From assembly GCF_006345805.1 (NCBI RefSeq), contig NC_043003.1, forward strand, positions 15,872,001-15,936,000: a DNA stretch of 64,000 nucleotides, given 5' to 3'. Below the pieces are notes generated by a model. It saw only the letters and a program-made list of their open reading frames with translations. It was not told the origin of the DNA and searched no databases. Position numbers and translations under genes: made by a program. This document shows, piece by piece, positions 12,403 through 26,566 of this stretch; the first letter of the stretch is position 1; each line of letters starts with the position of its first letter. The DNA is from Octopus sinensis. Its lineage: Eukaryota.

Positions 12403-13538
12403 TCAACTTTTATCTTTTTACATATTTCAATTCACGATTATATCACTGTACATAAATCCCATCTCTAAACAAGTTTCTCGAAACCTTTTCTGTTTTTGTC
12501 TGTACGTATATATTCCCCACCCCTTACCAAAAGCTGAACGGTAAGCCCACAACAATAACAATAATAACGATAACCAATTACCTCCCCATATTTTTTTACT
12601 TGTGAAGTCATTTACTCGTAAATAAAATCACACACAACATGGACAAACATTTCTTCTTGAGAAAATACATATTCAAATAAATAAACCATAATATCATGAA
12701 TAGCAAAAGCGAAACCGGTCGATATATTAAAAATTATATTAAACCTATGTAAAGTGTGTGTATTTTCCTTTTCTAATTTCTCATATAATTAATACCAGCT
12801 ATTGTTGCTTAAATCCACATCATCACTGATCCAGCACACCAATTGTAACATTCCTGCATCGTGTCCTGCATTTTTAGACGTTGCAGCGTAATTTAAGGAA
12901 AATTTGGCTGTTATTTCGAGTACGTAGAATCACTCCCTCCCCTGTTGACTGTGGGCTATTATCACATGTTGAAATATTCTTCTTGAAGTGATTATCCGCA
13001 CTAATTTAAATAATATGCAAATGTGTTACGAAGTTTACTCGCTTCATAAATACAAAATGATTTTAAGATATTAAAAGGGCTTTTGGTTAAACGCAATCAC
13101 TGATATCAATGGTGAAGCATTATCTAGAATATGTTAGCTTTGGTGTCCTTCAATGAAACGATGAATAAGGTTTTAATCCGTTGGATAAAACGAACTTTAT
13201 TACTGTGAATATGTCGAATACTGTCCTTCGTGACCAACGCAGTTAATGTGTTTCGTTTCGTAATGGATAATAGGGATAAAATTTAAGAAACTTTATAGAA
13301 CGTATGCAACGTTAGTTTAAGCGTATGCAAAACTAGATAACGTATGTATTTAATATATGCATGCTTGTATTTATGAATGTATGCATGATTGTATGCACGT
13401 ATTAATGTTTGTATGCATGTGTGTTCAGCTCATATTTTCCAAAATTCATGCCAAAAGAGAAAAGCTGGGTTTCTACACTGCTAACAATGCTCATTCATTG
13501 GAATTTCTACATCAGCTAAGTGATATGTATATATATAC

Positions 13539-13667
<129 letters not shown>

Positions 13668-13687
13668 CGAGAGAGAGAGAGAGAGAG

Positions 13688-13744
<57 letters not shown>

Positions 13745-13799
13745 TAGATATATAAATAAATATATATGTGTGTGTGTGTGTGTGTGTGTATATATAATG

Positions 13800-14008
13800 T
13801 GGGGGCGCGTGGCTTAGTGGTTAGGGTGTTGAACTCATGATCGTAAGGTTGTGGTTTCGATATCTAGACTGGGCGATGCATTGTGTTCACGTTGCTCCCA
13901 TGAGTAATTCTACGACGGACCGGCGTCCCTTCCAAGTGGGGAATTTCTACGCCACTGAAACCGGGAAACTGGCCCTTATGAGCCTGGCATGGTTCGAGAA
14001 GGAACATT
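13800..14008 (+). mobile_element. tRNA-derived SINE (different head, tail type i)
   Basis: Head GCGCGTGGCTTAGTGGTTAGGGTG..GGTTTCGAT; tail shared with 8748-8850; related copies at 19200-19430 and 45650-45792 (minus). Confidence 0.7.
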
Positions 14009-14129
14009 TATTTATATATATAATATGCGTGTCACCATTCGTTCTAATCTCTCCAAAATACACACCATCGACCACTTTCTCCTTCAGTCGTCCTCCCATG
14101 CTAATGCTACTTTATGTTACATAATTCAT

Positions 14130-14285
14130 TTAAGTCATCTCTTTTCTCTCTGTTTATTTCTGCGAGCCTTTCTGCTGAACAGCGTAGGCTCGAAACGTAA
14201 AAGAGTTTCTCACTTCCTGGGCGTTAAACTAATACATCTGTTTGTTGTTTACACACCCATCTTCGTCTTTTATTTTTTTATAAAT
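14130..14285 (+). mobile_element. Hammerhead-bearing repeat, family D
   Basis: CTTT CTGCTGA ACAGC GTAG GCTC GAAA CGT A AAAG at 14168-14203. Confidence 0.65.
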
Positions 14286-14383
14286 GCTCAAACATGAAAA
14301 CACAAAGAGAAAACACAACAACGCGAGGACGTGGAACAAGTATAGTATTATTGGACGCTCAGGAAAGAAGGAAAGAAGGAGCA

Positions 14384-14416
14384 TTTAACGTTTCGAGCGG
14401 AGCTCTTCGTCAGAAA
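14384..14416 (-). ncRNA. Minimal type I hammerhead (canonical core) in repeat family D' (14290-14492)
   Basis: Minus strand TTT CTGACGA A GAGC TCC GCTC GAAA CGT T AAA; palindromic ACGT stem III; GUU site. Confidence 0.75.
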
Positions 14417-14725
14417 CATAGGAAAAGGAAAGATCCAAAGAAAGGAAGACGCTGGAAAAAAAAATTGCCAACGGTACACACGCGGTCACTCAATAACACA
14501 TGTATCAGAAAAAACACACCCTAAAGAATAGAGCAGTAATTATTAACAGCAAAGATTTAAATTTCGGACATAGATTTACCAAAGGTTTCATTTCCTCACG
14601 TCCACGACGTAGAAAATATTATTTTTTATCTCTGTTCACAAGGCTTTGACTTTGTCTTGTGGATACGAAACCTTTGGTAACTATATGTCCAACATTTACA
14701 TTTTTGTTGTAATATATATATATAT

Positions 14726-15050
14726 AGCTCAGTGGTTAGAGCGTCGAGCTTACGATCGTGAGGTTGTGAGCTCGAATCCCGGACCGGGCTGCGTGTTGTG
14801 TACTTGAGCAAAGCACTTTATTTCACGTTGCTCCAGTTCACTCAGCTGTAGAAATGAGCTGCGACGTCACAGGTACCAGGCTGTATCGGCCCCTTTGCCT
14901 TTCCCTTGGATAACATCGGTGGCGTGGAGAGGGGAGGCTGGTATGCATGGGCGACTGCTGGTCTTCCATAAACAACCTTGCCCGGACTTGTGTCTAGGAG
15001 GGTAACTTTCTAGGTGCAATCCCATGGTCATTCATGACCGAACGGGGTCT
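14726..15050 (+). mobile_element. tRNA-derived SINE (fourth family)
   Basis: A box TAGCTCAGTGG, B box GCTCGAATCC; conserved-looking central domain GTGTACTTGAGCAAAGCACTT..CACTCAGCTGTAGAAATGAG; flanked by (TA)n. Confidence 0.8.
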
Positions 15051-15051
15051 T

Positions 15052-15091
<40 letters not shown>

Positions 15092-15587
15092 TATGTATAC
15101 ATGTGTGTATGTGCGCGCATGGGTGTTTGTGTGTCATTATTTCATTATATTACAAGATTCCTTGACAATGGAAAAAGAGGCAGTTTTTAATCTAGATTCA
15201 AGGATCTTCATTGGAATTTCAACAAAATTCAAGAGTAGTTGTACATGCATATGCGTACATGAGCAAGTATTTGTGATGAGAGCATGTGCAAATGTATATG
15301 TTTTGTTTTATGTATATATACTCGTATATTTACTTGCATATCATGAGGGAGAAAAAGAGAGAAGGGAAGAGAGAAAAATGGAAGGGAGAGAGAGGAGGGA
15401 GGGGCGAGAGAAACATTAAAACAAGGGTAGCAGAAAAATGTCATGTCAAATATGTCGGGGTCAAATCAGCTTCTCCAAATAAGCGACTCTAGAATGGCTC
15501 TGCTAAAATGTTTCATAACCCCTTGTCTTATCTATTGGGAATCATTCCAACATGTCCACAATAGCCAAGTGGCATCATGTAAATGTC

Positions 15588-15960
15588 GTAGCACTCCGTC
15601 GGTTTCGACGATGAGGTTTCCAGTTGATCCGATCAACGGAACAGCCTGCTCGTGAAATTAACGTGCAAGTGGCTGAGCTCTTCACAGACACGTGTACCCT
15701 TAACGTAGTTCTTGGGGAGATTCAGCGTGACGCAGAGTGAGACAAGGCTGGCCGTTTGAAATACAAAAACATCAGAAACAGGGAGAAAGAGTGAGGGAAT
15801 ATTGTGGTCAAAGAATACAACAAGGTTCACCACCACCCCTGCCGGAGCCTCGTCGTGTTTTCGCTCAATAAACACTCGCAACGTCCAGTCTGGGAATCGA
15901 AACCGCGGTCCTATGATCGTGAGTCCGCTACTTTAACCACTGGGTCATTGCGCTTCCATG
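15588..15960 (-). mobile_element. SINE family C, tail type iii
   Basis: Family C head at 15800-15960, contiguous with a different 3' segment at 15588-15770. Confidence 0.65.
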
Positions 15961-16432
15961 TAAATGAAAGAGCAATGGAAATGAACGAATCAAGAAAGTG
16001 GTGCAGTCTACATTCGATGTTCACCAATCAAAAATCAGTCACATAATCGAATGAAATATTTGAGATCAGGTTTCCTGTTTTCCCCCTTTACACTTGTCCC
16101 AGCCATTAGACTGCGGCCATGCTGGAGCACTGTCTTGAAGGACTTTTAGTCGAATGCATCGGCACCAGTACTTATGTTTTTTTTTAATCCGATACTTATT
16201 TTTCCAGTCTTTTAGGCCAAACCGCTAGATTACGGAGACGTAAATATACCAGTTCCTGTTGTCGAGCGGTAGGGGGAATCACAGGCACAAAGACACTCAT
16301 ACATTGATGTATATATATATTTATATGTGTGTGTGTGTATATACATTTGTATATATGATTGATTGATTGATTCTAGTTTCAGCTCATGAGCTGTGGCCAT
16401 GCTGGGGCACCGCCATATACAATATATACATA

Positions 16433-16497
<65 letters not shown>

Positions 16498-16840
16498 GTA
16501 TACACGACGGACTTGTTTCAGTTTTTGTCACCCAAATCCCCTCACAAGGCTTTGGTTGGCCCGGCGGTATAATAGAAGATCATTCCTAATGTGTCACGCT
16601 GTGGGAATGAACCGGAACCATGTAGTTGAGAAGCAAACTTCTTATCACACAGCCACGCCTGTACCTATGGTTTAAAGAACTCTTTTCATACTTCACACCA
16701 ATGTTTATCTATATCTATTTTCTTTTTTTATCTTCCCTTGTTTCAGTCATTGGACAGCGACCATGCTTGGGCACCGCTTTAAAGGGTTTCAGTCGAACAA
16801 ATTCTTAAAGGACTTTTAGTCGAATGTATTTATATATATA

Positions 16841-16893
<53 letters not shown>

Positions 16894-17630
16894 TATATGT
16901 ATATATATATATATATATCATAATATATATATTTATATAATATATAATACATCATATATTTTATATATATATATTTATTTATATAAATAATTATATTATA
17001 TATTAAATAAATATATTATATATTATATAAATATAATATATTTATATAAATTTATTTATTTATTTTGAAGTCTCGTACATCTATTGGCTACTTTTTCCGG
17101 ACCGCTATGTTATGGGGACGCAAGCAAACCAGCACCGGTTCTCAAACAGTGTCGAGGACACAAATACAAACATGAACGCATGCGCACGCGCACACACACA
17201 CACACACACACAACACACACACACATGCAGAATGTGGGCTTCCACAAAATTTCCGCCAACAAAATTCACTCAGAAAACACTTGTTGATTTGGGACTTGAG
17301 CAAGAGACGCGGCCGCAGATAGTGTTCAGTGGGACTGGAGCTGTAACCACGTGTTTACAAAGCACGCTCTTTCTACGAATAACTAATTATTACAGCACCC
17401 AGTATATTTTTAATGAAATTGCTTTTCTGCTTTGCTGTTTATTTCAATTCCTTTTATTTGATAATCCGTAGGTGGCGCTGTGTTTCATTTAGAAGGCAAC
17501 GTTTTGAAAATCAAAATGCAAAATCAAAAACAGCAACATTTAATTTTGTAAATTAAATAAAATTATTTAGATTCCAAGTTTCAATAGTTTCAAGTAAACA
17601 AACTAGATGAAAATAAGGTTATTCATTTTT

Positions 17631-17676
<46 letters not shown>

Positions 17677-17677
17677 A

Positions 17678-17711
<34 letters not shown>

Positions 17712-17738
17712 GCACACATATATATGCACACACACACA

Positions 17739-17770
<32 letters not shown>

Positions 17771-17771
17771 T

Positions 17772-17804
<33 letters not shown>

Positions 17805-18445
17805 AGTATACGCACACAGGCACACACAACACACACAGATAAACAATATTTCGGAAACTGATGCACAAATTGAAAATAAGTGCACACATAATACTAAAAA
17901 TCGTTTCCAATACTAACACAGGGCCTGAAATTTTGTGTGAGGGAGCACAAGTCGATTACATCGACCCCAGTGTTCTACTGGTATTTATTTTATCGACTCC
18001 GAAAGGTGGGGAGGCGAAGTCGATCTTGGTGCAATTTGAACCTAGTACGTAAAGAGCTGGAATAAATGCCACTAAGCATTCATTTTTCGGCGTGTCAACG
18101 CTTCTGCCAATGTAATACAAGTTGTGCACAGTGAATGGTGCGCCGGAAAGGAGAAAAACATTGACTGAGGTTTCGAGTGAACACTCTGTCTAGAACTAGA
18201 GTAAAGAACAAGATGAGAAAAGAAAAACAATACAAGAAACGATACCTAACTGAAGCATGTGTAAATCTTTCAGTTGACTGTTCTAGAGTATGTCCGTCCA
18301 AACATGCGGGGTCAGTTCATATGAAATTAGTCTCGATAGGAAATTAGACCCAGGAAGGCTTGTCGGACGCTGGCAGTCGATGTAAAACTAACTCACAAAT
18401 GCAGGGATTGTTGATAGTAGTACCACCGTTAGTAATCTTTTGTGA

Positions 18446-18515
<70 letters not shown>

Positions 18516-18534
18516 ATATATATATAATGTATAT

Positions 18535-18819
18535 ATCACGTGATCACGTGACCGACCAGACCATCAGATGTTGCTACACATCACTGGTCACAATGCGTTT
18601 GCATTGTTTTTAGCCTTCGAATGACGCCACCCCCTGGCTAAGCGAGCAGGCCAACAGAAGAAAGAGTGAGAGAAAGAGTGGTGAAAGAGTACAGCAGGGA
18701 TCACCACCCCCTGCGGGAGCCTCGTGGAGCTTTTAGGTGTTTTCGCTCAATAAACACACACAACGCCCGGTCTGGGAATCGATACCGCGAGCCTAACCAC
18801 TGGGCCATTGCGCCTCCAC

Positions 18820-18821
<2 letters not shown>
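18535..18821 (-). mobile_element. SINE family C, tail type ii
   Basis: Head as at 60950-61104; tail ..GTCGGTCACGTGATCACGTGA; inserted in (TA)n. Confidence 0.85.
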
Positions 18822-18857
<36 letters not shown>

Positions 18858-20011
18858 TATATATATCTAAACTCAATGGGTTATTCCATCGTGTTGTTTT
18901 CCAAGTCGACAAGGCCTTTCATCCTACAGAAGTTAGTTGTGCCTTTCGAGCGAGGATGGATGGAAGAGACACAAGGCAGGAAATGCGCTACATGTCAGCA
19001 GATGGTGGAGGACTACGAGAAAATAGGTGAGAAACGAAATGTTTATTAAGAGAGGTTGGCATCGAGTGTTTACAGGTCAAACCGTTTACAGGTCATACAT
19101 TTGAAAACCAGTGCGTAATAGATATGAGTAGGAGATAAGCTATTAAAAACAACGTAGATGCCTCTGAGAAAGAGTCTAAATGACTCTGACTAGATATAAA
19201 ACTCTCTCTCGAGTCATATAGACTCATAAGCTTATGGTTTCCGAGGCGCATTTATTCCCCGCTAGATGGCACACCGGTCGGTGGCAGGATTACTTACTTT
19301 TGTCAGCGCTGTGAACTTAAACAGCGTGGAAGTAGTTTGCTCAAGAACACAACGTGTTGCCCAGTGCGGGAATTGAAACCACAATCTTATTATGTGTTCA
19401 ACAACCTAACCACTAAACCACGCGCCTTCGCATATGGCTCTGAGTGAAAAGCTATGATTAGTGGTGTCAACATAAAGACGCTGGGAGACAATTCTGGTTT
19501 TGAGCAGCATCGGTTGGGTCATCTGGAAGTGGGCGTATGGTGTAAGATACGAAACAGCTAATCACCCAGGATACAACACTGACGATTCCCAAATATTGCA
19601 TCTGTAGATATAGAAATATATCTACATATAGATATATCTACAGCTGAATATAGAAAATCGGGACCAGAACTGGATGGAGTTTTAAGAAAATTACAGCAAA
19701 TTACATTTAATCAGAAAAATCTTGGCATATTAAGTCATCAATCAAGTGTAGGAGAGAGGGCTGTACACTCTTAGTCATTTGATAGCTTTAGATAATATGA
19801 TGACGAATATGTTATATAGATACACGGAAACATTATATTTAGATGACGTCTTTATAAAATCAAAACAGTTACTACTTAAAAATAAAACGCAGATTCGCAC
19901 TAAGTGACATCATATATAAATCGCTTAAAACGATATTTTATCGACTGCCCTTTGTAGTCCAGAGTAATCTACAAAAGTTGAAACACGATAGGTTATTTTC
20001 TTTACGCACAC

Positions 20012-20110
<99 letters not shown>

Positions 20111-22615
20111 TGTGTGTGTGTGTATACACATACATATATATACATATTTAGACATATATATATTTATATATATGTATAATATATAAACACATGTATACAT
20201 ATATATATATATATTATATATATATATTTAGACATATATGTATATATAAACACATGTATACATATACATATATATACATATATACATATTCCATATATAT
20301 ATATGTATGTATGTATGTATATATGTATGTATGTATATGCGCATGTGTATTTATGCATTGCAAACGTTCAAATAATTTTAGTCCATAGTGTCGTCTACAA
20401 AAGTATGGATGTTTTGGAATCGAATCTTATCTATTATCTTGCCATTCTTATCGAATTCCAAATAATTTCCTGAGCGCCCAACGTAATAAACGAAGATGCA
20501 TAGTGTAAGCGAGATAAATGACCGTAATAAAACCGATATCTTGGACTATTTAGCGGCTTTATCACCGCGAAAATGTTTCAATTCACTGGGAATGAGATAA
20601 TGAATGAACAGGACGAAATGAATCTATTCACAACTGGAGACAAGCACGCATACTTTGAGATACACAACACCCGTATACATACATGCATGCATGCACGTAT
20701 GTATGTATGTATGTATGTATATATGCATGCATCTGTGTATGCATTCATACATACATGTACGTATATGTATATACATGTAGGTGATGTGCGTTTATGAAGG
20801 GCTGGTTCTTGTACATCCTATTGTTGTTCTCATTAAGCTATTTCAACGAAACTCGCCGTACGACGTGCTTTTACGTCGTTATGCCATATTGGGGTCAAAT
20901 ACGATTGGAGTTAGACTGCTGCTGTGTGAACAAACGGACAGGTAAAGACAGATATGCATAAATACATAAAGATACTGAAATCTATAATGCTGATAAACGG
21001 TATCAGATTTGTTCGTATTCTGACTGCGTTTTGATGAAGTGTTTTGATAATTTGCCTTCCATACAGAAACATAATTGGTACCAGCTTAAAAATGTATAGA
21101 AAATATATTTGTTTGTGTAATATATGCTTATATATATAAATCCTTATCTTCCATTATCTTGAAACTTCCCTTCCCACATTGTCGTTCTTTTTTTCTTTTT
21201 TGTTTATTTGTTTCTTTCTTCTTTTCTTTCTTCTTTTCTTCGGTTCTTTTCTAAATCAGTAATTCACTTAAAACAATATTTTTTATCTCACCTACACAGT
21301 TATTCTTTATTCATTATCGCTTTTTATGTACATTAAATTTTATTCTGTATTTTTCTTTATTTAAAGATGGGTAGCAGTGATTTGATGAATACAGCTTGCA
21401 ATGGGAGACTGACCATGCAGATGCGCACCCCTTGTTAGCACCACCAGAGAAATATTACAGTCTTTTGTCAAACTCTTGGATAAGAAAGAAATGTCACAAA
21501 TTCCATTTTATTATCATTTAGCATATTTCAGGCTTTTAAGAAACATCCCTTTATTTTAAAATGTGTGGTCCCCTAGTCGACTGTTATTCAAACCCCTTTT
21601 TGACAATGCACTTGTCTGATATATGATAGCGTAAGGTGTATCTTACTATATTACACTTTATTTTATAACACATTAAGATATGGAAAAAACAGAGTCAGAT
21701 TCAGCAGAATTTGAAAGCTAATAACATAGAAAGAAAAACAGACATACACGCATAGAGAGAGAGAGAGAGTGAGGAGGAGGATGCTATATGTGCTTCTATA
21801 CATTCACTCACATTTTTACAAATATCAACCAAATCCTGAAATGCACGTCGCCATACTGTCTTAGAAATTAATAATTAAATTTCAAAGTAGTACTCGGCGT
21901 AGAATGCCTAGGATATAAGTGCTATGGTATCAGTGGAACGGTTGGAATGCTATTATTTACGTCATTCTCAACTTAACCCTTGTTCGATTCGTTTCATCAC
22001 CACTATTGCAGCAATCGCAAACCGGACATGTCTGTTCACCTCAAAACAATAGAAAGTAGTCGACATATTTCATATATAACTGCTATCTCTGAAGAGTGCT
22101 AGGTTACATAATCGGGTTGATACCTAACACGCCATTGAGCCCTTAGTGCGAAACCTATCGGAGAGATAGGTCTTAATGGATATATAATACAGCAAACTTC
22201 GAATAATATATGTGTGTGTGTGTGTGTTTGTGTGTGTGAAGAACACGTCTGAAACAGCTATAGCGGACTTCAAACCATCTGTGTTATAGTCCATATGTGT
22301 GTGTGTGTTTGTGTAAGTGTGTGTGTGTATACGTATGCATAAATACATACATATATACACTGTCAAACGACGAAAATAATTTCTCAGACTGAAATATACT
22401 TGCTCGTGTGATAATACACATACATAATTCTATTACTTGATATAGTACGTCATGCACGTACCTCTGTGTGTGTTTCGTTTCTACATCATGGCCCAAGTCT
22501 GTATAAACGATACTTTATAGACCTCATTGTACGAGAATGGAAATCTAGCGTAGCTGAGTTAAACATTTGGCAGTAATTTCTACCGTAAACTCTGTCTGAG
22601 TAAAGTACAATAATT

Positions 22616-22651
<36 letters not shown>

Positions 22652-24375
22652 GTGTGTGTGCGTCTGCGTGTGTATATAAATATATAAGTATATACACATA
22701 CATATATCGTGTATATGTATATATATATATATATATATATAAGCATGTGTATATATATGTATATGCGTATAAAACGAGTAAATATATATATATATATCTT
22801 ATATTTACTCACATATATACACATATATATGCATGTGTGTGTTATATATGGTTATATAATCTAGTGTTTATATGTATCATGTAGGTTCTATGCTTAAAAA
22901 ATGAATCTTTTTAGCCTGACTTTAAGAAAAATTTGCATAATTATTCCGCATAAATATATTTTATGCTCACAAACCAAATTAAAATTTAAACATCTTGGTA
23001 CTAATTTTAACTAAGAGTGTTTTGTAAAATGTATTATCAACAAGGATTATATATATATATAATATATATATATATATCTATATATATATATCTATATATA
23101 TATATATTATATATATATATATATATGTATTAATATGCACACATACCCAATTAGTTACACTATAAATGGTATTGCAGGAATCACATACGTGATTGATGCT
23201 ACAGCTTGCTGCATCATAAGCAAAATTTCGTGAACTACTGTTTTAATAAATGATATATAAGGCTATTCTTTTTAATGGCGTATAATGAAATATTCATGCT
23301 TATATAACTAATGTAGTGAAGTTCCTTTGATGCAATATCATAATGTTGTTTTTAACCAAGTCCTATTTTTTTAAAGCTCGTATACAAAATATATGGAGGC
23401 AAAGGTGTACAAGTATGTAGGATATAAAGAAAATACTTTGTGTTATTTTATGTAAGTTGTAAACCTATAATATTTTTACTAGATTTTGCTGTACGTGATA
23501 CTATAATAACAATATAATATTGTATTTAAGACAATAAATATCTTTCTGTTTGAGTGCGTCTGTATGTGTTTGTGTATGTAAATGTATATCGAAAGAGACA
23601 GAAAGAGAAATATGTGCATCATTATATTTATATACGTTTCCATATGTTTTACATATATCTGTTTATACTTGGGGATATTTATCATGTTTAATACACGTCC
23701 GCATATACACATTTGTATATGTTTGTATTTTTATATAATAGTCACACATATACTCCTAATGTACGCGTATATATGTATGTGTTTGGGTTCGCATTCGTGT
23801 ATTCAATTGTATGTAACTTTTAACTGCTGCTTTATGTTTTTATATATGTCGAGGGTACTTATCTAGGAATTTTACTGTCAGTGAAGTAATTTACATTATT
23901 TTGTGTATTCTGCAAAATTCTATTTTATGTATTTCTTATATTTATTCCACACACCTTTCTAAGTGTCTGCTGTGTATACGTGCAATGACAATTCAGCATA
24001 CTAAGCAGTCTTTGGTAGCATTTCACCCCAAATTCACAATATCGTTGAAGTAGTAAATATCAAACAAAAGCATGCGCATCGGTACACTCTCTCCTTCTTA
24101 CATATCTTCCCCATCATTGCCATCCACCGCCTTATTTCGGTTTAAATTTTGTCTTTCATCTTTCGCTTGTTTCAGGCAAAGAACTGCAGCCATGCTGGGG
24201 CATCGCCTTGAAAGACTTCAGTCAAACGAAGTCCGATTACTGATTCTATCGGTATTTCTTTCTGAACCACTAAGTTCAGGGGCGTGAAAAAGAGCAACAC
24301 CGTTTCGACTGATTCGCTGAGAGACAAATACAGACGCAAACACACAGACACTCAGACACAGACAGACAGACAGAT

Positions 24376-24407
<32 letters not shown>

Positions 24408-24480
24408 ACACATACACACACACATACACATACACATACACACGCGCATACACACATGTATATGTGTATAAACAAAACAT

Positions 24481-24620
24481 GTACATTATTTACATGCGAC
24501 GGATATTTGTCCTCATCTTGTTTGTTGTTAACACATTTTGGCTGATATACTCTCCAGCCTTCTTCAGGTGTCTTGAGGAAATTTCGAACCTGGGTTCTCA
24601 TTCCTAAGGTATTTTTCGAT
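24481..24620 (-). mobile_element. Short repeat family E with degenerate hammerhead
   Basis: Homologous to 35281-35432 and partly to 50330-50403; ACAC CTGAAGA A GGCTG..CAGCC AAAA T GTGT; adjacent to (ATT)n. Confidence 0.6.
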
Positions 24621-24651
24621 ATTGTTGTTGTTATTATTATTATTATTATTA

Positions 24652-24701
<50 letters not shown>

Positions 24702-24876
24702 GTCATTGCTCAGATCACTGCTTGGAATCGAACTCGGAATCTTGGGGTTAGTAGCCCGCGCTCTTAACCACTACAACCATATGCCCGCTGGTCACAATGC
24801 GCTTCACATTGTTTTAGCCACCCTGCTGCCTAAGCGAGCAGGCCAATATATAATACATAAACATATAATTATATAT

Positions 24877-24915
<39 letters not shown>

Positions 24916-25034
24916 ATATATATATATTATTATATATATATATATATATTATATAATATATAATATATATGAAAACATATATAAATTATACATAATATAT
25001 ATATGTGTGTGTGTGTGTGTATAAGTATATATAC

Positions 25035-25453
25035 TCTTTTACTCTTTTACTTGTTTCAGTCATTTGACTGCGGCCATGCTGAGAGCACCGCCTTTTAGTC
25101 GGGCAAATCGACCCCGGGACTTATTCTTTGTAAGCCCAGTACTTATTCTATCGGTTTCTTTTTGTCGAACCGCTAAGTGACGGGGACGTAAACACACCGG
25201 CATCGGTTGTCAAGCAATGCTAGGGGGACAAACACAGACACACAAACACACACCCACATACATATATATATATATATATATATTATATAATACGACAGCT
25301 TCTTTCAGTTTCCGTCTACCAAATCCACTCACAAGGCATTGGTCGCCCGCGGCTATAGTAGAAGACACTTGCCCAAGATGCCACGCATTGGGACTGAACT
25401 CGGAACATGTGGTTGGTTGCAAGCAACTTACCACACAGCCACTCCTGCGCCTA
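25035..25453 (-). mobile_element. SINE family A
   Basis: Full-length homolog of 53409-53805. Confidence 0.88.
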
Positions 25454-25784
25454 TGTATGTATTTACGTATATTTTTATGCGTCTTCGTGTTTTTATTTGT
25501 CCCTCACTACCAGTTGACAACCAGGGTGGTTTGTTTACGTCCTTAAACGTTGTAATTCGGCAAAAAAAGAGCCCAATAAAATAAATATTAATCTTAAGTA
25601 CAAGGTCGATTTCTTGACTAAAATCCTTCGTAAGTGCGGCCCAGCATGGCCACAATATAGTAACTGAAAAAGATAAAACATAGAAAGCTAAGCGCTAATT
25701 ATTGAATTTAGAAACAAAAAAATATTGCAGCAAATCTGCATGATAGGGCTGTCACATGTGGCATGCACACCATCATATACCTTA

Positions 25785-26176
25785 CTAGCAGTATCGCCCG
25801 GCGTTGCTCGGGTTTGTAAGGGAAATAACTATATAAGCATTTTTAGAGAGTTGTAGCCAAAAAATAGCAAAAAATGCATTAAAAATGGAAAAAAAATTAT
25901 GGTAAATTTTTTTAAATCGTTGACTCATCGTAGACATTTTTAGAGACTTACTTCCCTTATATAATAGCGAAAAAATGCATTAAAATGGAAAAAAATGATG
26001 GTAAATTTTTTTTAAATCGTAGACTCATCGTAGACGCGCGCTAATACCCAGAAGGGTTCGATATGAATCACGACTATAAGATACCCGCTTTTGGTTAAAC
26101 TGCACCGCAAAATGTGGGAGTAGTTAGGAATCTAAATCGTAGGAGACAGACACAACTTCACTTTTATATATAAAGA
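25785..26176 (-). mobile_element. Non-autonomous Helitron-type element
   Basis: Minus strand A|TCTTTATATATAAAAGTG...CCCGAGCAACGCCGGG-CGATACTG-CTAG|T; internal ~100-bp duplication. Confidence 0.85.
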
Positions 26177-26344
26177 TTTGACATTACGCTTCTATTCTTC
26201 CCTTCCGTTTTATTTTGACATGCGCATTGCGTTTTTATTCTTCTCTCCTGTTTTACGAATTCTGTGTGCACATGCGCATTCTGTGTTCATGATTGCTTTT
26301 CCAGTTCTCACTCAAGACTGCGTACAGAACACAATCATTCCACG

Positions 26345-26444
26345 NNNNNNNNNNNNNNNNNNNNNNNNNNNNNNNNNNNNNNNNNNNNNNNNNNNNNNNN
26401 NNNNNNNNNNNNNNNNNNNNNNNNNNNNNNNNNNNNNNNNNNNN
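26345..26444. other. Assembly gap (100 N)
   Basis: Run of N. Confidence 1.
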
Positions 26445-26463
26445 ATAGGTAGATAGATAGTAG

Positions 26464-26566
<103 letters not shown>

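Noticed and set aside
12655-12725. Intact hammerhead downstream of the GIY-YIG relic
   Set aside because: Only GAAACCGGTC survives; the CUGANGA core and stem I are not recognisable.
14726-14790. tRNA genes (here and at other A/B-box sites)
   Set aside because: No complete acceptor stem; the heads run into SINE bodies.
22089-22180. Hammerhead-like CTGAAGA...GAAA-CCTATC-GGAGA-GATAGG-TC
   Set aside because: Stem III and the GUC site look good, but no convincing stem I flanks the core and stem II is wobble-rich; at best a decayed relic.
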